A program made the translations under genes and the position numbers. The notes below the pieces were generated by a model. It saw only the letters and a program-made list of their open reading frames with translations, did no database searches and was not told where the DNA came from. DNA of 64,000 bases, taken from NCBI GenBank assembly GCA_963833425.1, contig CAWHXP010000003.1:512001-576000 (forward strand), written 5' to 3'. Below, piece after piece: positions 22,068 through 33,637 of the stretch (its first letter is position 1; the number at the start of each line of letters is the position of its first letter). The DNA comes from an uncultured Methanosarcinaceae archaeon (GTDB lineage Archaea; Halobacteriota; Methanosarcinia; Methanosarcinales; Methanosarcinaceae).

Positions 22068-23081
22068 TTATGGAGCTGCTGCAGGCAGCCAGAGTCCACG
22101 CGTTTCGTCCAGCCCGAACATTAGATTCATGTTCTGGATCGCTTGTCCTGATGCACCTTTGACCAAGTTATCGATTGCTGATAACACTATAACCCTGTTG
22201 TTCTCCTTATCAACTTCAAAGCCTATATCACAAAAGTTAGAACCCCGTACTGCGGTAAGGGAGGGAACTCTAGAAGGGAACCTAATAAAAGGCTTATCCC
22301 TATAAAATTCTCCGTAAATCGACTTTAAGTCTTCTGTTGAGAGAAGCTTATTTGTGAAGAAATGAGCAGTTGTAAAAATGCCCCTAGTAGAAGGAATAAC
22401 ATGTGGAGTAAAATTGATATTTAGAAGTTTTTTGTCCAGCCTGTTTAGTTCCTGAAGTATTTCAGCCCTGTGTCTGTGGTTTGTGAGCTTATAAGCAGTG
22501 ATATTTTCCGCAAGGTTCGGGTAATGGGAAGTCTCTGTCGGTGAGATTCCAGCTCCTGAAATTCCTGTTTTGGAATCAAAGACTGCAATATCAATGAGCT
22601 CTGCTGCAGCTAGTGGAGCTGCAGCAAGTATTGCCCCTGTAGGGAAACACCCGGGATTTGCAACAAGATCTTCTTCTGCAGCTTCAGCGTGAAGCTCTAC
22701 AAGCCCATATACTGCTTTCCTCGGATCACTATGTGTAGTCTCGTATATTTTTTCAAAGACTGAAGTTTCAAGTCTGTAGTCCGCGCTAAGATCAACAATC
22801 TTTGTGTCACCATCAAGTAGCTCCGGGACATAGCCCATTGCAGATCCGTGCGGTACCGCTAAAAAAACAATGTCACAGCGTTCCCTTATATTTGCCGAAT
22901 TGGGATTTTCATAAATGAGGTCCAGAAAACCTTCAAGATGTCTGTGAATGCTTGTTATGGGTTTCCCTTCAAAAATTCTAGAAGTTGCCAGCTCTATCTT
23001 AACATTGGGGTGATTCACAAGCAAGCGCAGGAGTTCTCCTCCTGTATATCCTGACGCTCCTATTATTCCAGCCTTGATCAT
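22068..23081 (-). CDS. argC: N-acetyl-gamma-glutamyl-phosphate reductase
   Basis: IIGASGYTGGEL, DLSADYR, VANPGCFPT, GISGAG, HRHRAEI, DNLVKGASGQAIQNMN. Confidence 0.97.
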   Translation of the reverse strand: MIKAGIIGASGYTGGELLRLLVNHPNVKIELATSRIFEGKPITSIHRHLEGFLDLIYENPNSANIRERCDIVFLAVPHGSAMGYVPELLDGDTKIVDLSADYRLETSVFEKIYETTHSDPRKAVYGLVELHAEAAEEDLVANPGCFPTGAILAAAPLAAAELIDIAVFDSKTGISGAGISPTETSHYPNLAENITAYKLTNHRHRAEILQELNRLDKKLLNINFTPHVIPSTRGIFTTAHFFTNKLLSTEDLKSIYGEFYRDKPFIRFPSRVPSLTAVRGSNFCDIGFEVDKENNRVIVLSAIDNLVKGASGQAIQNMNLMFGLDETRGLWLPAAAP

Positions 23082-23558
23082 AAATATTCACTACCTGTAT
23101 AATATCAATACAATATAATTAAACTTGGTATCTAAAAATAAATATGAAATTACTCGAATATAAAGCTCAAATAAACAAAAGTACTATATCTTTTCATTTT
23201 TTTTAACATTTAAATCATCGTTATTTTGGGAAGAAAGTTTGCCCAAATTTAGATCTTATGTTCGGCTTCATCGCAAACTTGTACAAAAAGAACAAATTTA
23301 AAAATGAAGTCCGTGTATTCCTTCTGCTTAAATGTTTCAGATAAATGAAGTCTTGATAGATATTCTTGACAAAAATGGTGTATCAATCGATCAGGAATTT
23401 CATTAATTTATATTGTTCCTATTTTTTTACATAAATGCATAAGTTTTGCTATAAAATCTATGCATCCATAAAAACGAAAAATCCTATTTATCTGTGGCAA
23501 AGAAAAAAGTATAGATTTGATCTGTAAATTTATACAGTTTTTGATCACTGATCTCTGA

Positions 23559-24350
23559 TCATTTCTCAGGAAAAGCCTCAATTTCTAACCTTTTCATCTG
23601 GAGATGGACATATCCTTTGTTATCCAGTGGATTACTACTTATAAAATGAGCTATAACTTCATTTATATAGTCTTCTTTCAACTCTTTGGATACTTGTTGT
23701 ATATAAGGATGCCAAGTTGAAGCAATCCAAGCAAAAAGTCCCTTTTCACCTTCAAGGGCCATATATTTTGAAATAATTTCTAGGCGCTTAACTGAAAAAC
23801 CTGCTTTTTTGAGCCATTTATTATATTCTTCAGGTCCATAAAAACCAAATGGAAATACAAAATTTCTGAAATAAGAGCTCCATTTCTCAACTTCAAGCAT
23901 AAAGTCAGCGATTTTAAGTATTTCTGCAGCATTTCCCTTTCCACCAAACTGAGCCAAAAATATTCCACCAGGTTTGAGACTTTTAAAAAAACATTTAAGA
24001 TAATTTTCAGGAGCCTTTAACCAGTGAAGAACAGCATTGGAAAAAACAATCTCGAACTCAGAATTAAAAGTAAGTTCATCTGCGTTTATCTGCATAAAAG
24101 TAAGGTTTGAGAACTTATCTTGAGAATAGTTGTTTCTGGCAAAGGATATCATATCTTCAGAAAGATTGATCCCTAGAACAGAGCCTTTCGGTAGGATTTT
24201 TGCTACTTCAGCACTAAGCTTTCCATCTCCACAACCAACATCCAGAATCCTTTCATTCCCTTTAAAACTCAATTTCGCAAGAAGTTCAAATCCCCAACTT
24301 TTTTGAGTTGATGAATTAGAAGAATAAAATTTTGGATCCCAGTGGTACAT
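23559..24350 (-). CDS. Class I SAM-dependent methyltransferase (trans-aconitate methyltransferase-like)
   Basis: ILDVGCGDG, FSNAVLHW, LKPGG..QFGGKGN. Confidence 0.9.
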   Translation of the reverse strand: MYHWDPKFYSSNSSTQKSWGFELLAKLSFKGNERILDVGCGDGKLSAEVAKILPKGSVLGINLSEDMISFARNNYSQDKFSNLTFMQINADELTFNSEFEIVFSNAVLHWLKAPENYLKCFFKSLKPGGIFLAQFGGKGNAAEILKIADFMLEVEKWSSYFRNFVFPFGFYGPEEYNKWLKKAGFSVKRLEIISKYMALEGEKGLFAWIASTWHPYIQQVSKELKEDYINEVIAHFISSNPLDNKGYVHLQMKRLEIEAFPEK

Positions 24351-24588
24351 AAATCAATTTGTTTTTTCAAAATAAATAACTTTGTTTTTTTCGGTATTGA
24401 GTGATTTCGTTGCATAATTTATATACAAAACATTAAAATGTTAGATCAAAGCTCGTCTAACAAAGCTGTTCTGCGGTGTACCAATAATTTTGTCCATTTT
24501 ACTCTACAGCTTATACAGAGCTTTTGTGACAAAAATTATGTATTTATGAAAGCTGGATCTATTAATAATAATATAGTCATAAAAAAAT

Positions 24589-25401
24589 TCATTCCGGTTT
24601 TTCCAAAAGTGCAGGATACTTTTCTTTTAATGCTATGAGGAGCTCTTCCTCTAATTTTACACCACGAAGTGTTTTCACTTTAGAAAGCTGGTCAAGGGAT
24701 AAATTTTTTGCTCTATACAAGTTAGACCATTGAAGGTCAGCTTCTTGGAGGTTAGTTTCTTGGAGGTTAGCTTCTTGAAGGTTAGCCTCTTGGAGGTTGG
24801 CCTCCCGAAGATTAGCTCCTTGGAGGTCAGCTCCTTGAAGACTAGAGCCTTGAAGGTTGGACCCTCGACAGTTGGATCCTTGGAGGTTAGCCTCCCGAAG
24901 GTCAGATCCTTGGAGGTTAGTCTCTTGTAGATCGGCACCTTGAAGGTCAGCACCTTGAAGATCAGCATCTTGAAGGTCAGCTCCATAAAGATTAACCATT
25001 TGCATATTAGCTCCTTGAAGATTAGATCCTTGAAGGTTAGCTATCTGGATGTTAGATCCCTGAAGGTTGGAATTTTGAAGGTTAGAACCTTGTAAATTAA
25101 CCAATTGAAGGATAGATCCTTGAAGGTTAGCTCCTTGGAGGTTAGCTCCTTGGAGATTAGCTCCTTTATCCAAAATGTGAGCATTTGAAAAGTCAGCTCC
25201 TTGAAGGTTAGCTCCTATAAGATTAGCTTTCTCGAGGCTAGCTCCTCGAAGATCAGCTTCTTGAAGATTAGCCTCTTGGAGGTTAGCTTCTTGAAGGTTG
25301 GCCTCTGTGAGGTTAGCCTTTACAAAGTTAGTTCCTTGAAGATTAGCCCCTATAAGATTAGCTCCTTGGAGGTTTTTTATCTCTGAAATATCCATGAACA
25401 A
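24589..25401 (-). CDS. Pentapeptide-repeat protein
   Basis: Long run of (A/S)(N/D)LQG/E pentapeptides. Confidence 0.93.
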   Translation of the reverse strand: MFMDISEIKNLQGANLIGANLQGTNFVKANLTEANLQEANLQEANLQEADLRGASLEKANLIGANLQGADFSNAHILDKGANLQGANLQGANLQGSILQLVNLQGSNLQNSNLQGSNIQIANLQGSNLQGANMQMVNLYGADLQDADLQGADLQGADLQETNLQGSDLREANLQGSNCRGSNLQGSSLQGADLQGANLREANLQEANLQEANLQETNLQEADLQWSNLYRAKNLSLDQLSKVKTLRGVKLEEELLIALKEKYPALLEKPE

Positions 25402-25590
25402 TTATTGGCTTTAAACTAAAATAAGCATTACTATACTAGGAAGATATCTTCTGCTGTTCAGGATTTAGCTTTTAAAATCGTATCGATTCATAACACATTA
25501 AGTGTCCTAATAGCATAAAACCAAATTGTGTACTGATATTTTTTTATTAGCGAAATTCTATGTTAGTGAATCAAGATGGGGTATAATTCC

Positions 25591-26314
25591 ATGGGTTATC
25601 TTATACTTATTTATCTTATACTTATTAGAGATGGAGCACCAGGTTTGAATCCTGAGGATAGGTTTGCTGGTTGGATGGCTATTTCGCTCACCAAGAAAGG
25701 AATCAAAGAAGATCTTAGTTGTGCAATAAAACTTGAAAATATAGAATTTGATCTTGCTTTTACCTCAAATCTTGTCCGTGCGCAAGAAACGCTTTTCATC
25801 ATACTGCCCGGCCAAAACAAAACCGGTATTTTTGTCCATGAAAAGGCCGTTGAAAAAAGTAATATAGGGAAAGTTGAATGCTATTCTTACCCTATAGAAC
25901 TTAGTAAAAATTTGATTCCAATATACTATACAGCCGCTTTAAACGAACTTTACTATGGGAAGCTCCAGGGCAGAAAAAAAATCAAAAATGGAAGAAAAAT
26001 ATGGGACAGAAAAGGTCACTTCCTGGCACTGGGATTTTGAGCCAGGCCCACCTGAAGGTGAAAGCCTCAGAGCTGTCTATAAGCGTGCCGTGATCTATTT
26101 CGAGCAAAAAGTTATGCCTGCAGTAAAAGAGGTTAAAAATATAATAATCTATGCCCATCAAGGCAGTTTGAGATCTCTGGTCAAGTATATAGAAGATATT
26201 TCTGCCAAGAATATTAAAGAAATCAGATTCTCCACATGCGAGTTTGTAGTATACAATTTTTTAGAAGGCACTTTGGTTAAGGAAAATGCTGAAATAGCCC
26301 TAAAACAAAAATAA
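25591..26314 (+). pseudogene. gpmA: 2,3-bisphosphoglycerate-dependent phosphoglycerate mutase, disrupted
   Basis: LIRDG (catalytic RHG changed to RDG), RFAGW, AFTSNLVRAQET, ALNELYYGKLQG, PPEGESL, AHQGSLR. Frameshift in the A-run near 25975. Confidence 0.85.
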
Positions 26315-26783
26315 ACCTTTCAAGATTCGTCTGAAAAATTAGATGATTTTTGGTAAAAAGGTTGTTCGTAAATGTTAGGATAACATATCTCAACTATGGC
26401 TTAATTTGACTTTGTGAAATTTGTTGATGCACAGTTTTTGCTATATAAACCTATGTATCAATGAAACCAATATATACTATTTTGTAATGAAAGATGCCAT
26501 CGTTAGGAAACTTGAGGATACCGTCAAAATATTTGATTACACGCATTAATTTTTCATAAATAAGGTAAAACTTTGAATACCATGTATTTTGATTTTTTTC
26601 GACTTGAAATTAGGGTATTAGTCCAAAAATAATACTTTTAGGCATTTTATCTCTTAACCAAATACAAATGAAGCAAACCTTGTATATTTTTATATATTCA
26701 AAAATTCCGGAGAGCTGCATAAAATCGGAGTTCTTTTGCAGGAATAGAATACAATCTAATATATTTATCACGAATATTTTGTT

Positions 26784-27933
26784 GTGAAATTGCAACGGTT
26801 TAACAGTCTTGACTATCTTAAAAATCCATATAATACACGGATTTACAAGATCGTAGATGAAAGAAAAACGGGAAGGAAGTTAGTCGGCATTTTTTGTCTT
26901 TTCGTGCCTGACGAAATTATCTTTGCGGCAGGTGCTGACAGTGTAATACTCTGTGGGGGTAAGGATTACACTGTATCCATAGCGGAGCAATATTTACCCA
27001 GGAACATCTGTCCGCTTGTCAAATCTTCCTTTGGCTAGATTGTTAATACGGTTGTTCGGGAATAAAATCCTGTTCTCATTTCGACATGGTAGCCATGATT
27101 GTTGCAGAAAATACCTGCGATGGTAAGAAAAAGATGTACGAATTATTGGGAGATTATGTCCCTACTTACATTGTAGATCTTCCACAAAACCCGATAGTCC
27201 AGAAGCCCTAAACTATTTTTTAGAAGAGCTTGATAAGTTTAAGGGCGCCATGGAACAGCTGACAGGCAATAGGGTCACTGTTGAACTATTAAAGACGGAA
27301 ATAGAATCTTCGAATGAGACGAGAAAGCTACTCCACAAGCTTTATGACCTGAGAAAAATGGACATAACACCCATTAGTGGTGTTGGTGTGCTAAAGGTCA
27401 TGCAAAAGCAGTATTTTCTATCGACAGAGGAATTTAAAAAAGTAATTCACATGCCCATATCTAAAGCGAAGCAGGTTAGAGTGGACTGGACTCACAAGTC
27501 CAGGATAATGATCTCCGGCTGCCCGATGTCTGGAGGTAACACAAAAGTACCTGAAATAATAGAGAGCAAAGGCGGCGTTATCGTCGCTGAGGAAAGCTGC
27601 ACTGGCACAAGATCGTTCTGGTAGCCAGTCGACGAAGACAAGGATCCGATGCTGGCGCTGGCTGAACGCTATATCAAAATACCCTGCTCATGTATGAGTC
27701 CGAACGACAGGCGTATAGACAATATTCTAGAGCTGGCGAGGGAGTTTAAAGTCGAGGGTGTAGTGTACTATACCCTGTAATTTTGCCATGGGTACAATAT
27801 AGAGAAATATAAGATACAAAAAGCACTTAAGAAGGCTGGGATACCTATGTTTGCAATAGAAACGGACTATAGCAACTCTGATCTCGAGCAGATCAGACTT
27901 CGTGTGGATGCTTTTCTGGAGATGCTTTCATGA
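26784..27933 (+). pseudogene. 2-hydroxyacyl-CoA dehydratase family / double-cubane cluster protein-like, disrupted
   Basis: [80 protein letters not shown]. In-frame TAG (27036, 27622), TAA (27778) and frameshifts. Confidence 0.85.
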
Positions 27934-28692
27934 TCTCAGTGGGAATAGACGCAGGGTCAGCCACTACAAAGGCAGTCATGGTCGTTGCCGACCAGATTAT
28001 TTCCCATAATATAAGCCCCACAGCATTCGATTTTTTTATCAGCGTCAGAAACAGCGTATAAATATGTGCTTGCCCATGCTGGAGTCAACGAAGACAATGT
28101 GAATTTAGTGTACTCAACCGGATACGGAAGGAACAGCATAAAATTTGTCGACAGGGCTATAAGCGAGATCACCGCCCATGCCAAAGGAGTTTACCACCTG
28201 TATCCGGATGTTAATGGGATAATCTATATAGGAGGCCAAGACAGCAAGGTTATCTCAGTGAATAAGGGAAAAGTAACTGATTTTTTAATGAATGACAAAT
28301 GCGCAGCTGGCACAGGCAAATTTTTAGAGTACACGGCAAGAGCGCTTGAAGTGCCAATAGCGGAGCTGGGGAGTCTGGCACTTGCTTCAAAAACACCCGC
28401 AACCATAACAAACATGTGTACTGTTTTTGCAGAGTCTGAAGTTATATCTCTTCGTGCAAGAGGCTTTACGAAAGAAAATATCGCAGCTGGACTCATTGAA
28501 AGTATTGCCAGGAGAGTTGCTGTCATGGCCCGGCAATTAGAGCTAAAACAAAATGTAGCTTTCGTGGGCGGTGTGGCTAAAAATGCTGGTATTAAAGCAG
28601 CGCTGGAAAAAGAACTGGATATCTCGCTCTATGTGCCTCCGGAGCCGCAAATAACTGGAGCACTGGGAGCAGCACTGTATGGAATCAGTTAA
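27930..28692 (+). pseudogene. CoA-substrate-specific enzyme activase (ASKHA [4Fe-4S] ATPase, HgdC/DCCP-R type), 5' frameshift
   Basis: [16 protein letters not shown] overlapping the upstream stop (ATGA); STGYGR, EITAHAKG, IGGQDSK, MNDKCAAGTG, CTVFAESE, GALGAAL. Frameshift near 28000. Confidence 0.88.
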
Positions 28693-29264
28693 AACAGTAT
28701 TTCTAAATATAAACGGAAGCAAATCAAATGAAATGAGAAGATAGGGATATTACTGAGGCAGAAACCTGCATGGAAAAAAACATCATTAATAGGCAACAAA
28801 CTCATAAATGTAGAAAAGCATAAACAATAGCCAACAATTGAAGAGAATCCGCTCGCTAAAATTTATCAATTTGATCTGGATAAATATGGCTATTGATGAC
28901 TTTTTTATCCAAGCTGAATCGTTATGATTACTGTTTTCCTGGATTAAGCTTTGAATATAAATAGTTTTCTTATGCATAGGTTTTATAGCAAAATCTATGT
29001 ATACATCACTATTATATTGATCACGATTTTATCAAATGAGAAAAATGGATTTATAATGTACCAGAATTTTCTTACTGGTCTTAGACCTAGAGAAAAAGCG
29101 TGAAAATATCAAGGACGTTTTTTCTAGCTCATTTTTATAATTATTTTACAGTATTGAAAATTGAATTTCTGATCCAGTTTATTCGGATTTTTAGTTTTGT
29201 TTTAAATACCGCATGATTATTTTTTTCTTTTATTTCTATTTATGATTCTGATAAAGGTCAACTA

Positions 29265-29334
29265 ATTCCAGATGTTCTATGAGATCCATATGTTCTATGA
29301 GTTACATAAGTTTCATAAGCTCCATGGGTCATAG
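29265..29334. repeat. 9-bp tandem array (GTTCYATGA-like, 7 units + GTCATAG)
   Basis: attccagat/gttctatga/gatccatat/gttctatga/gttacataa/gtttcataa/gctccatgg/gtcatag. Confidence 0.8.
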
Positions 29335-30096
29335 TTTAGCAACATATCTTATTTCGTTTGGAACTTAATGGATCCAGAAAATTAGCACAAAAACTGTGCA
29401 AAGATGAAAAAGGTATCGTAAACATATATTTTCAAATATATTTTGAAACATATAGTAATCAATCTTTCCATATATATTATAATAGTTGAAGACCAATTAC
29501 CTAGTAGTAAATAAAAAAATGGTGCTCTTTGGTAGATACACGAACAATATTATTAATAATCAAACTAATTATTCAAAAATTAAGACAGATAACTAGTTGA
29601 CAAGCTGATTTTCAGCGGTGGATCTGCTAATGGGACATGCGTTATAAAGAATTATAGTGTTATTTTTTGACACTAGAAAGGAGTAAACTAAATGTTAAAA
29701 CAATCATCTGGTAGAATGAAAAAAGTACTTGCGGTTTTGCTGGCAGTACTTTTTGGATGGCGGCTCTATGAATGGGGCTGGAAACACCAGCAACAATAGC
29801 ACAAATAGCATGAATAGATGATGCAGAAACACTGCTTAACAAAATCAATTAAATGTCTCTAAAATATTTTTGGTGGTATTAGGTAATATTTACATAGATT
29901 ACTTACAAAAAAAATACCACCTTAAATGTTACCATTGATATCACAAAGAGCTTCGAGACAAAACATTATTTATGAGACAGTTTATCATCTTTTGTTCTCC
30001 TAGTTTTTCTCTAATCATTCAAGTGTGTGTCTTAATATTAGAAACTTTTAATAATTTACTGACATTTCTATTTTTGATTGTGCTTTAGTTTAATTA

Positions 30097-30157
30097 GTTC
30101 CAAGTGTTCCAGGAGCTCCATATGCTCTATGAATTCCAGAAGTTCCATGAGTCATAG
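30097..30157. repeat. 9-bp tandem array (6 units + GTCATAG), paralogous to 29265
   Basis: gttccaagt/gttccagga/gctccatat/gctctatga/attccagaa/gttccatga/gtcatag. Confidence 0.8.
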
Positions 30158-30468
30158 ATCAACAATGTTTTCTTATTATTGATGGCATTTAGGAGATCCA
30201 GAGATTTAGACCGAAAAAAGGTGCGTCAGTAACACGCGAAATCCTGTCCTTTGTGGTAAATTTTAAAGGATTTCTACAGAGCCAAAAATCGATCTTGAAA
30301 AGTAAGCAAAAGAACCAATTAATTCAATATTAGAAGAAAATTAAAAACCAGATGGGAGAAGATATTTCTTCTTTTTTGGCTCAACCTTGAAAAACATAAA
30401 GTAGCAGAATTGCTACTTTCTTTAATTGTGGTGTATTCAGATTTTGTTAGTGGATTTACCACCTGTAG

Positions 30469-31422
30469 CTACTGATTTAATGGCTTGCAACTATATTCAG
30501 TCATATAGATATCGCCAGAATCTGACCAGACTACAATATTGCTGGACACACTCGGTGTTTCCGCCGTGTTGCTGGCAAATAATTGAGTAGTCTTTCCGGT
30601 AGAAATGCAGTACACATATATATCGCCTATCCCGATATACGGATTTTGTGGCTCTTCGTTATGGTGTTTTACGTACACAATCTTGTCATCATATATGTTA
30701 GTAGAACCTCCGGTGTCATAACCATTAGTATCATTACCAGTTGTGATTTCTGTTTGTTGCTTGGTAGCAATGTCATACATACAAATGTTGCCCATTCTAG
30801 TGTTGAAATCTGACCATATGACCCTGTTTTTGTATATGTTAGGATATAGATTATAGCCATCTCTGCTTACGTCTATTGTTGTCCCAGTGGCGATATCATA
30901 CATATAAATCTGCGGAGTATCATTACCAGAATATGAATATACTGTTTTGTTTTCGTATATACTGGGATCACTACCGATTCCTATTTTAGTTTCTTTGAGT
31001 GTAGATATATCACTCATGTAGATATTACCATTTATATCAGCACCACTATTTGTACCCCAAACAATTTTCTTCCCATAAACAGCAGGTTTGCTGTATTTAT
31101 TTACGTTTTGCTTAATAGAAAATCTTGTACCAGTCTTGATATCATATACAGTAAGTTCCGGCACATTAGTGCTCTCGTTGTGCCATACTAACTGGTTGCC
31201 AGAGATAGATGGGTATGATGCTTTGGAGGAATTAATTGTAGTGTCTTTTTTAGTGGTCAGATCATAGATATGAATAACTCCATTATTTGTCCACGCTACC
31301 TTAGTACCGTCGATAGCAGGTTGAGATCCACTACCTATTTTTGTTACTTGTGTGGATGATGCTACTGTCGAAAGCAAGGTTAAAATTAAAAATAAAGATA
31401 TTAAACAAGATTTTTTTTTCAT
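30469..31422 (-). CDS. Secreted beta-propeller (TolB-like) cell-surface protein, Methanosarcina type
   Basis: Signal peptide MKKKSCLISLFLILTLL; repeats P.IY..K.VW....IYMYDI.T. Confidence 0.85.
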   Translation of the reverse strand: MKKKSCLISLFLILTLLSTVASSTQVTKIGSGSQPAIDGTKVAWTNNGVIHIYDLTTKKDTTINSSKASYPSISGNQLVWHNESTNVPELTVYDIKTGTRFSIKQNVNKYSKPAVYGKKIVWGTNSGADINGNIYMSDISTLKETKIGIGSDPSIYENKTVYSYSGNDTPQIYMYDIATGTTIDVSRDGYNLYPNIYKNRVIWSDFNTRMGNICMYDIATKQQTEITTGNDTNGYDTGGSTNIYDDKIVYVKHHNEEPQNPYIGIGDIYVYCISTGKTTQLFASNTAETPSVSSNIVVWSDSGDIYMTEYSCKPLNQ

Positions 31423-31517
31423 CTTTCTTCCCTCTCATACGCTGTACATAAGATTCAGAGATTTAGACTTTACATAAAAATAAGGAATATTGCAATAACT
31501 TAAACTATCATTGAATT

Positions 31518-31559
<42 letters not shown>

Positions 31560-32026
31560 TTATTTCTATTTAATTTGCAATATATTATGTAGGATATAGA
31601 GTATGTGTAAGTATAAAAAACAGGATTTTTAGGTATCCTTGATCCATAGATTTTGCCACAAAATCTATGCGTTTCTTAATTTCGTTGAAAGAATCACTTG
31701 ATAGTTTTTCTCTGATTCTACTTGTAGTTACACTTTGCTTTCCGTTAAAATAATTCATAAAAGCATCTAGTTTTTTCTGTCGAGCCTGGAAGCAGTAGAA
31801 ACTGGGATTAAGTTGGTGCATAATTGTAGGAAGTAACATATGATTCATTATCATAATAAAATAAACTTACTAACATATTTTATATATTCATCCTGCTAAA
31901 ATTTTTAAACTATAAAAATAATTGAAATATTGTAGTTTTAATTTTTTTTATAAATTAAAAAATTTACCAGGATATGTATGCGAAAATATGTAATTCTAAA
32001 CACAAAATCTGTTAAGAAGTGATTTC

Positions 32027-32818
32027 ATGATCTATAAGTTTGGACGTAAGGCTAGGACGTATAACCCTAAGATACCTCATATGAGTGCAATGGCTAGTCG
32101 AATAACCTCACTCCCTCCAGTACCTGACCGTGTAGACTACACTAAAGGTATTACTCAGTTTGGCATGATGGTGAATGATAAACTAGGTGACTGTACTTGT
32201 GCAGGCGTTTATCATGCGCGTCAGATCTGGACTGCTAACACAACTAATGAACGAACGGAGTCAGATCCCACAGTACTTACTCTGTATGAAGATGCATGCG
32301 GTTATCAGCCTGATAACCCATCTACAGATAAAGGTGGAGTGGAGCAGGATGTACTGACGTATATTATGACTAATGGTATACCTCTAGATAATGGCTCAGT
32401 AGATAAGATTCTAGCATTCTTTGAGGTTGATTTTCGTAACATAGATGACGTTAAGCGTTGCATCGATGACTGTGGAGTAGCGTATATAGGATTCAATGTA
32501 CCTTATTGTATGTTCGAAAACTATGATCCTCGCCAAGGTGCACTTCCCTTCTGGAGAGTAGATCCTAACAACTCGAATGTGATTATGGAAGATGGTAACC
32601 CTGCAGGTCATTGCGTAATACTTTGCGCCTACGATGAGGAAGGACCTACATGCGTGAGCTGGGGAGGAAAGTACAAAATGACGTGGGATTTCTTTACTAC
32701 ATTTACTGATGAAACATATAGTATAGTCAGTAATGATTGGGTAACTATTACAGGTAAGACTCCACTAGGTATGACTGTTGATGAGTTAGAACAACAAATG
32801 GAAGCCATTAAGGGTTAA
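32027..32818 (+). CDS. Putative papain-like cysteine peptidase
   Basis: VDYT..GMMVNDKLGDCTCAG (putative catalytic Cys), GHCVILCAYD (His), CVSWG; intact 263-aa ORF. Confidence 0.6.
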   Translation: MIYKFGRKARTYNPKIPHMSAMASRITSLPPVPDRVDYTKGITQFGMMVNDKLGDCTCAGVYHARQIWTANTTNERTESDPTVLTLYEDACGYQPDNPSTDKGGVEQDVLTYIMTNGIPLDNGSVDKILAFFEVDFRNIDDVKRCIDDCGVAYIGFNVPYCMFENYDPRQGALPFWRVDPNNSNVIMEDGNPAGHCVILCAYDEEGPTCVSWGGKYKMTWDFFTTFTDETYSIVSNDWVTITGKTPLGMTVDELEQQMEAIKG

Positions 32819-33297
32819 ATAAGAATAACTCAGTTATGACAAAATTTTAGATTACTATGACGTAACAATTAACTTTTAGTATATTTCTTGCTTGAGAAAT
32901 ATAGGAATAAAATTGAAATAATGTTCTACTGAGTATAATGTAAGCTCGAAATAAAAGTATAAAAATATTATACATTTTTCTTTTTAGACTCGTTGCCTAA
33001 TAATAATTACTTTTTACTTAAACTTCCCTTACTATAGTTATTACTGAATTTGATTACTTTGCAAAAATTTCAGAATAAGCATGTAAATCTATGGATGACG
33101 AACAAGCTATAATTGCTGGAAATATCCAAGGCAATGTATACGTTTTGATACAAAAACTGTGCATAAGTGAAAATAACATAAAATGAAATTTTGTCAGCAA
33201 AGTTATTGGCTCAGCATCTTATCTTTTGCAACAATCAAAAAATATAATAAATATCAAATTGCAGTTGACTTTTAAAAGGTTTCGTGCTGAAAATGGG

Positions 33298-33457
33298 TTT
33301 TATTCAGACACTATTTTTTTGTATCGTTAAATTCTATGGCAAAATAAATTTTATTCAGAAACATTTTTTAATTTCAGAAAATTTTATGATCTAATAATTT
33401 TATTCAAACACTTTTTTTGTATCGTTAAATTCTATGGCAAGTAAATTTTATTCAGAA
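33298..33457. repeat. ~60-bp direct repeat (2 copies)
   Basis: TTTATTCA(G/A)ACACT..TTTTTTGTATCGTTAAATTCTATGGCAA..TAAATTTTATTCAGAA at about 33298 and 33398. Confidence 0.8.
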
Positions 33458-33510
33458 ATTATTTTTTTACAGTTAATTTAAAGAATTAAAAAATATTTTT
33501 ATGAATTGTA

Positions 33511-33599
33511 GGAAAATTCGATAAATCTCGAATTTCAACAAACTGTTTATATGCCTGTTATAAATAATAAGCCAAAAATTGGGGTCTCTCGCGATCCTC
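33511..33599 (+). mobile_element. MITE family B copy (IS5-type ends)
   Basis: GGAAAATTCGATAAATCTCGAATTTCAACAAACTG...GGGGTCTCTCGCGATCCTC; inverted match at 35287-35377. Confidence 0.75.
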
Positions 33600-33637
33600 A
33601 CTCCAAAAAGTAAACCAAACTGGAGGTTAGGGAGAAA

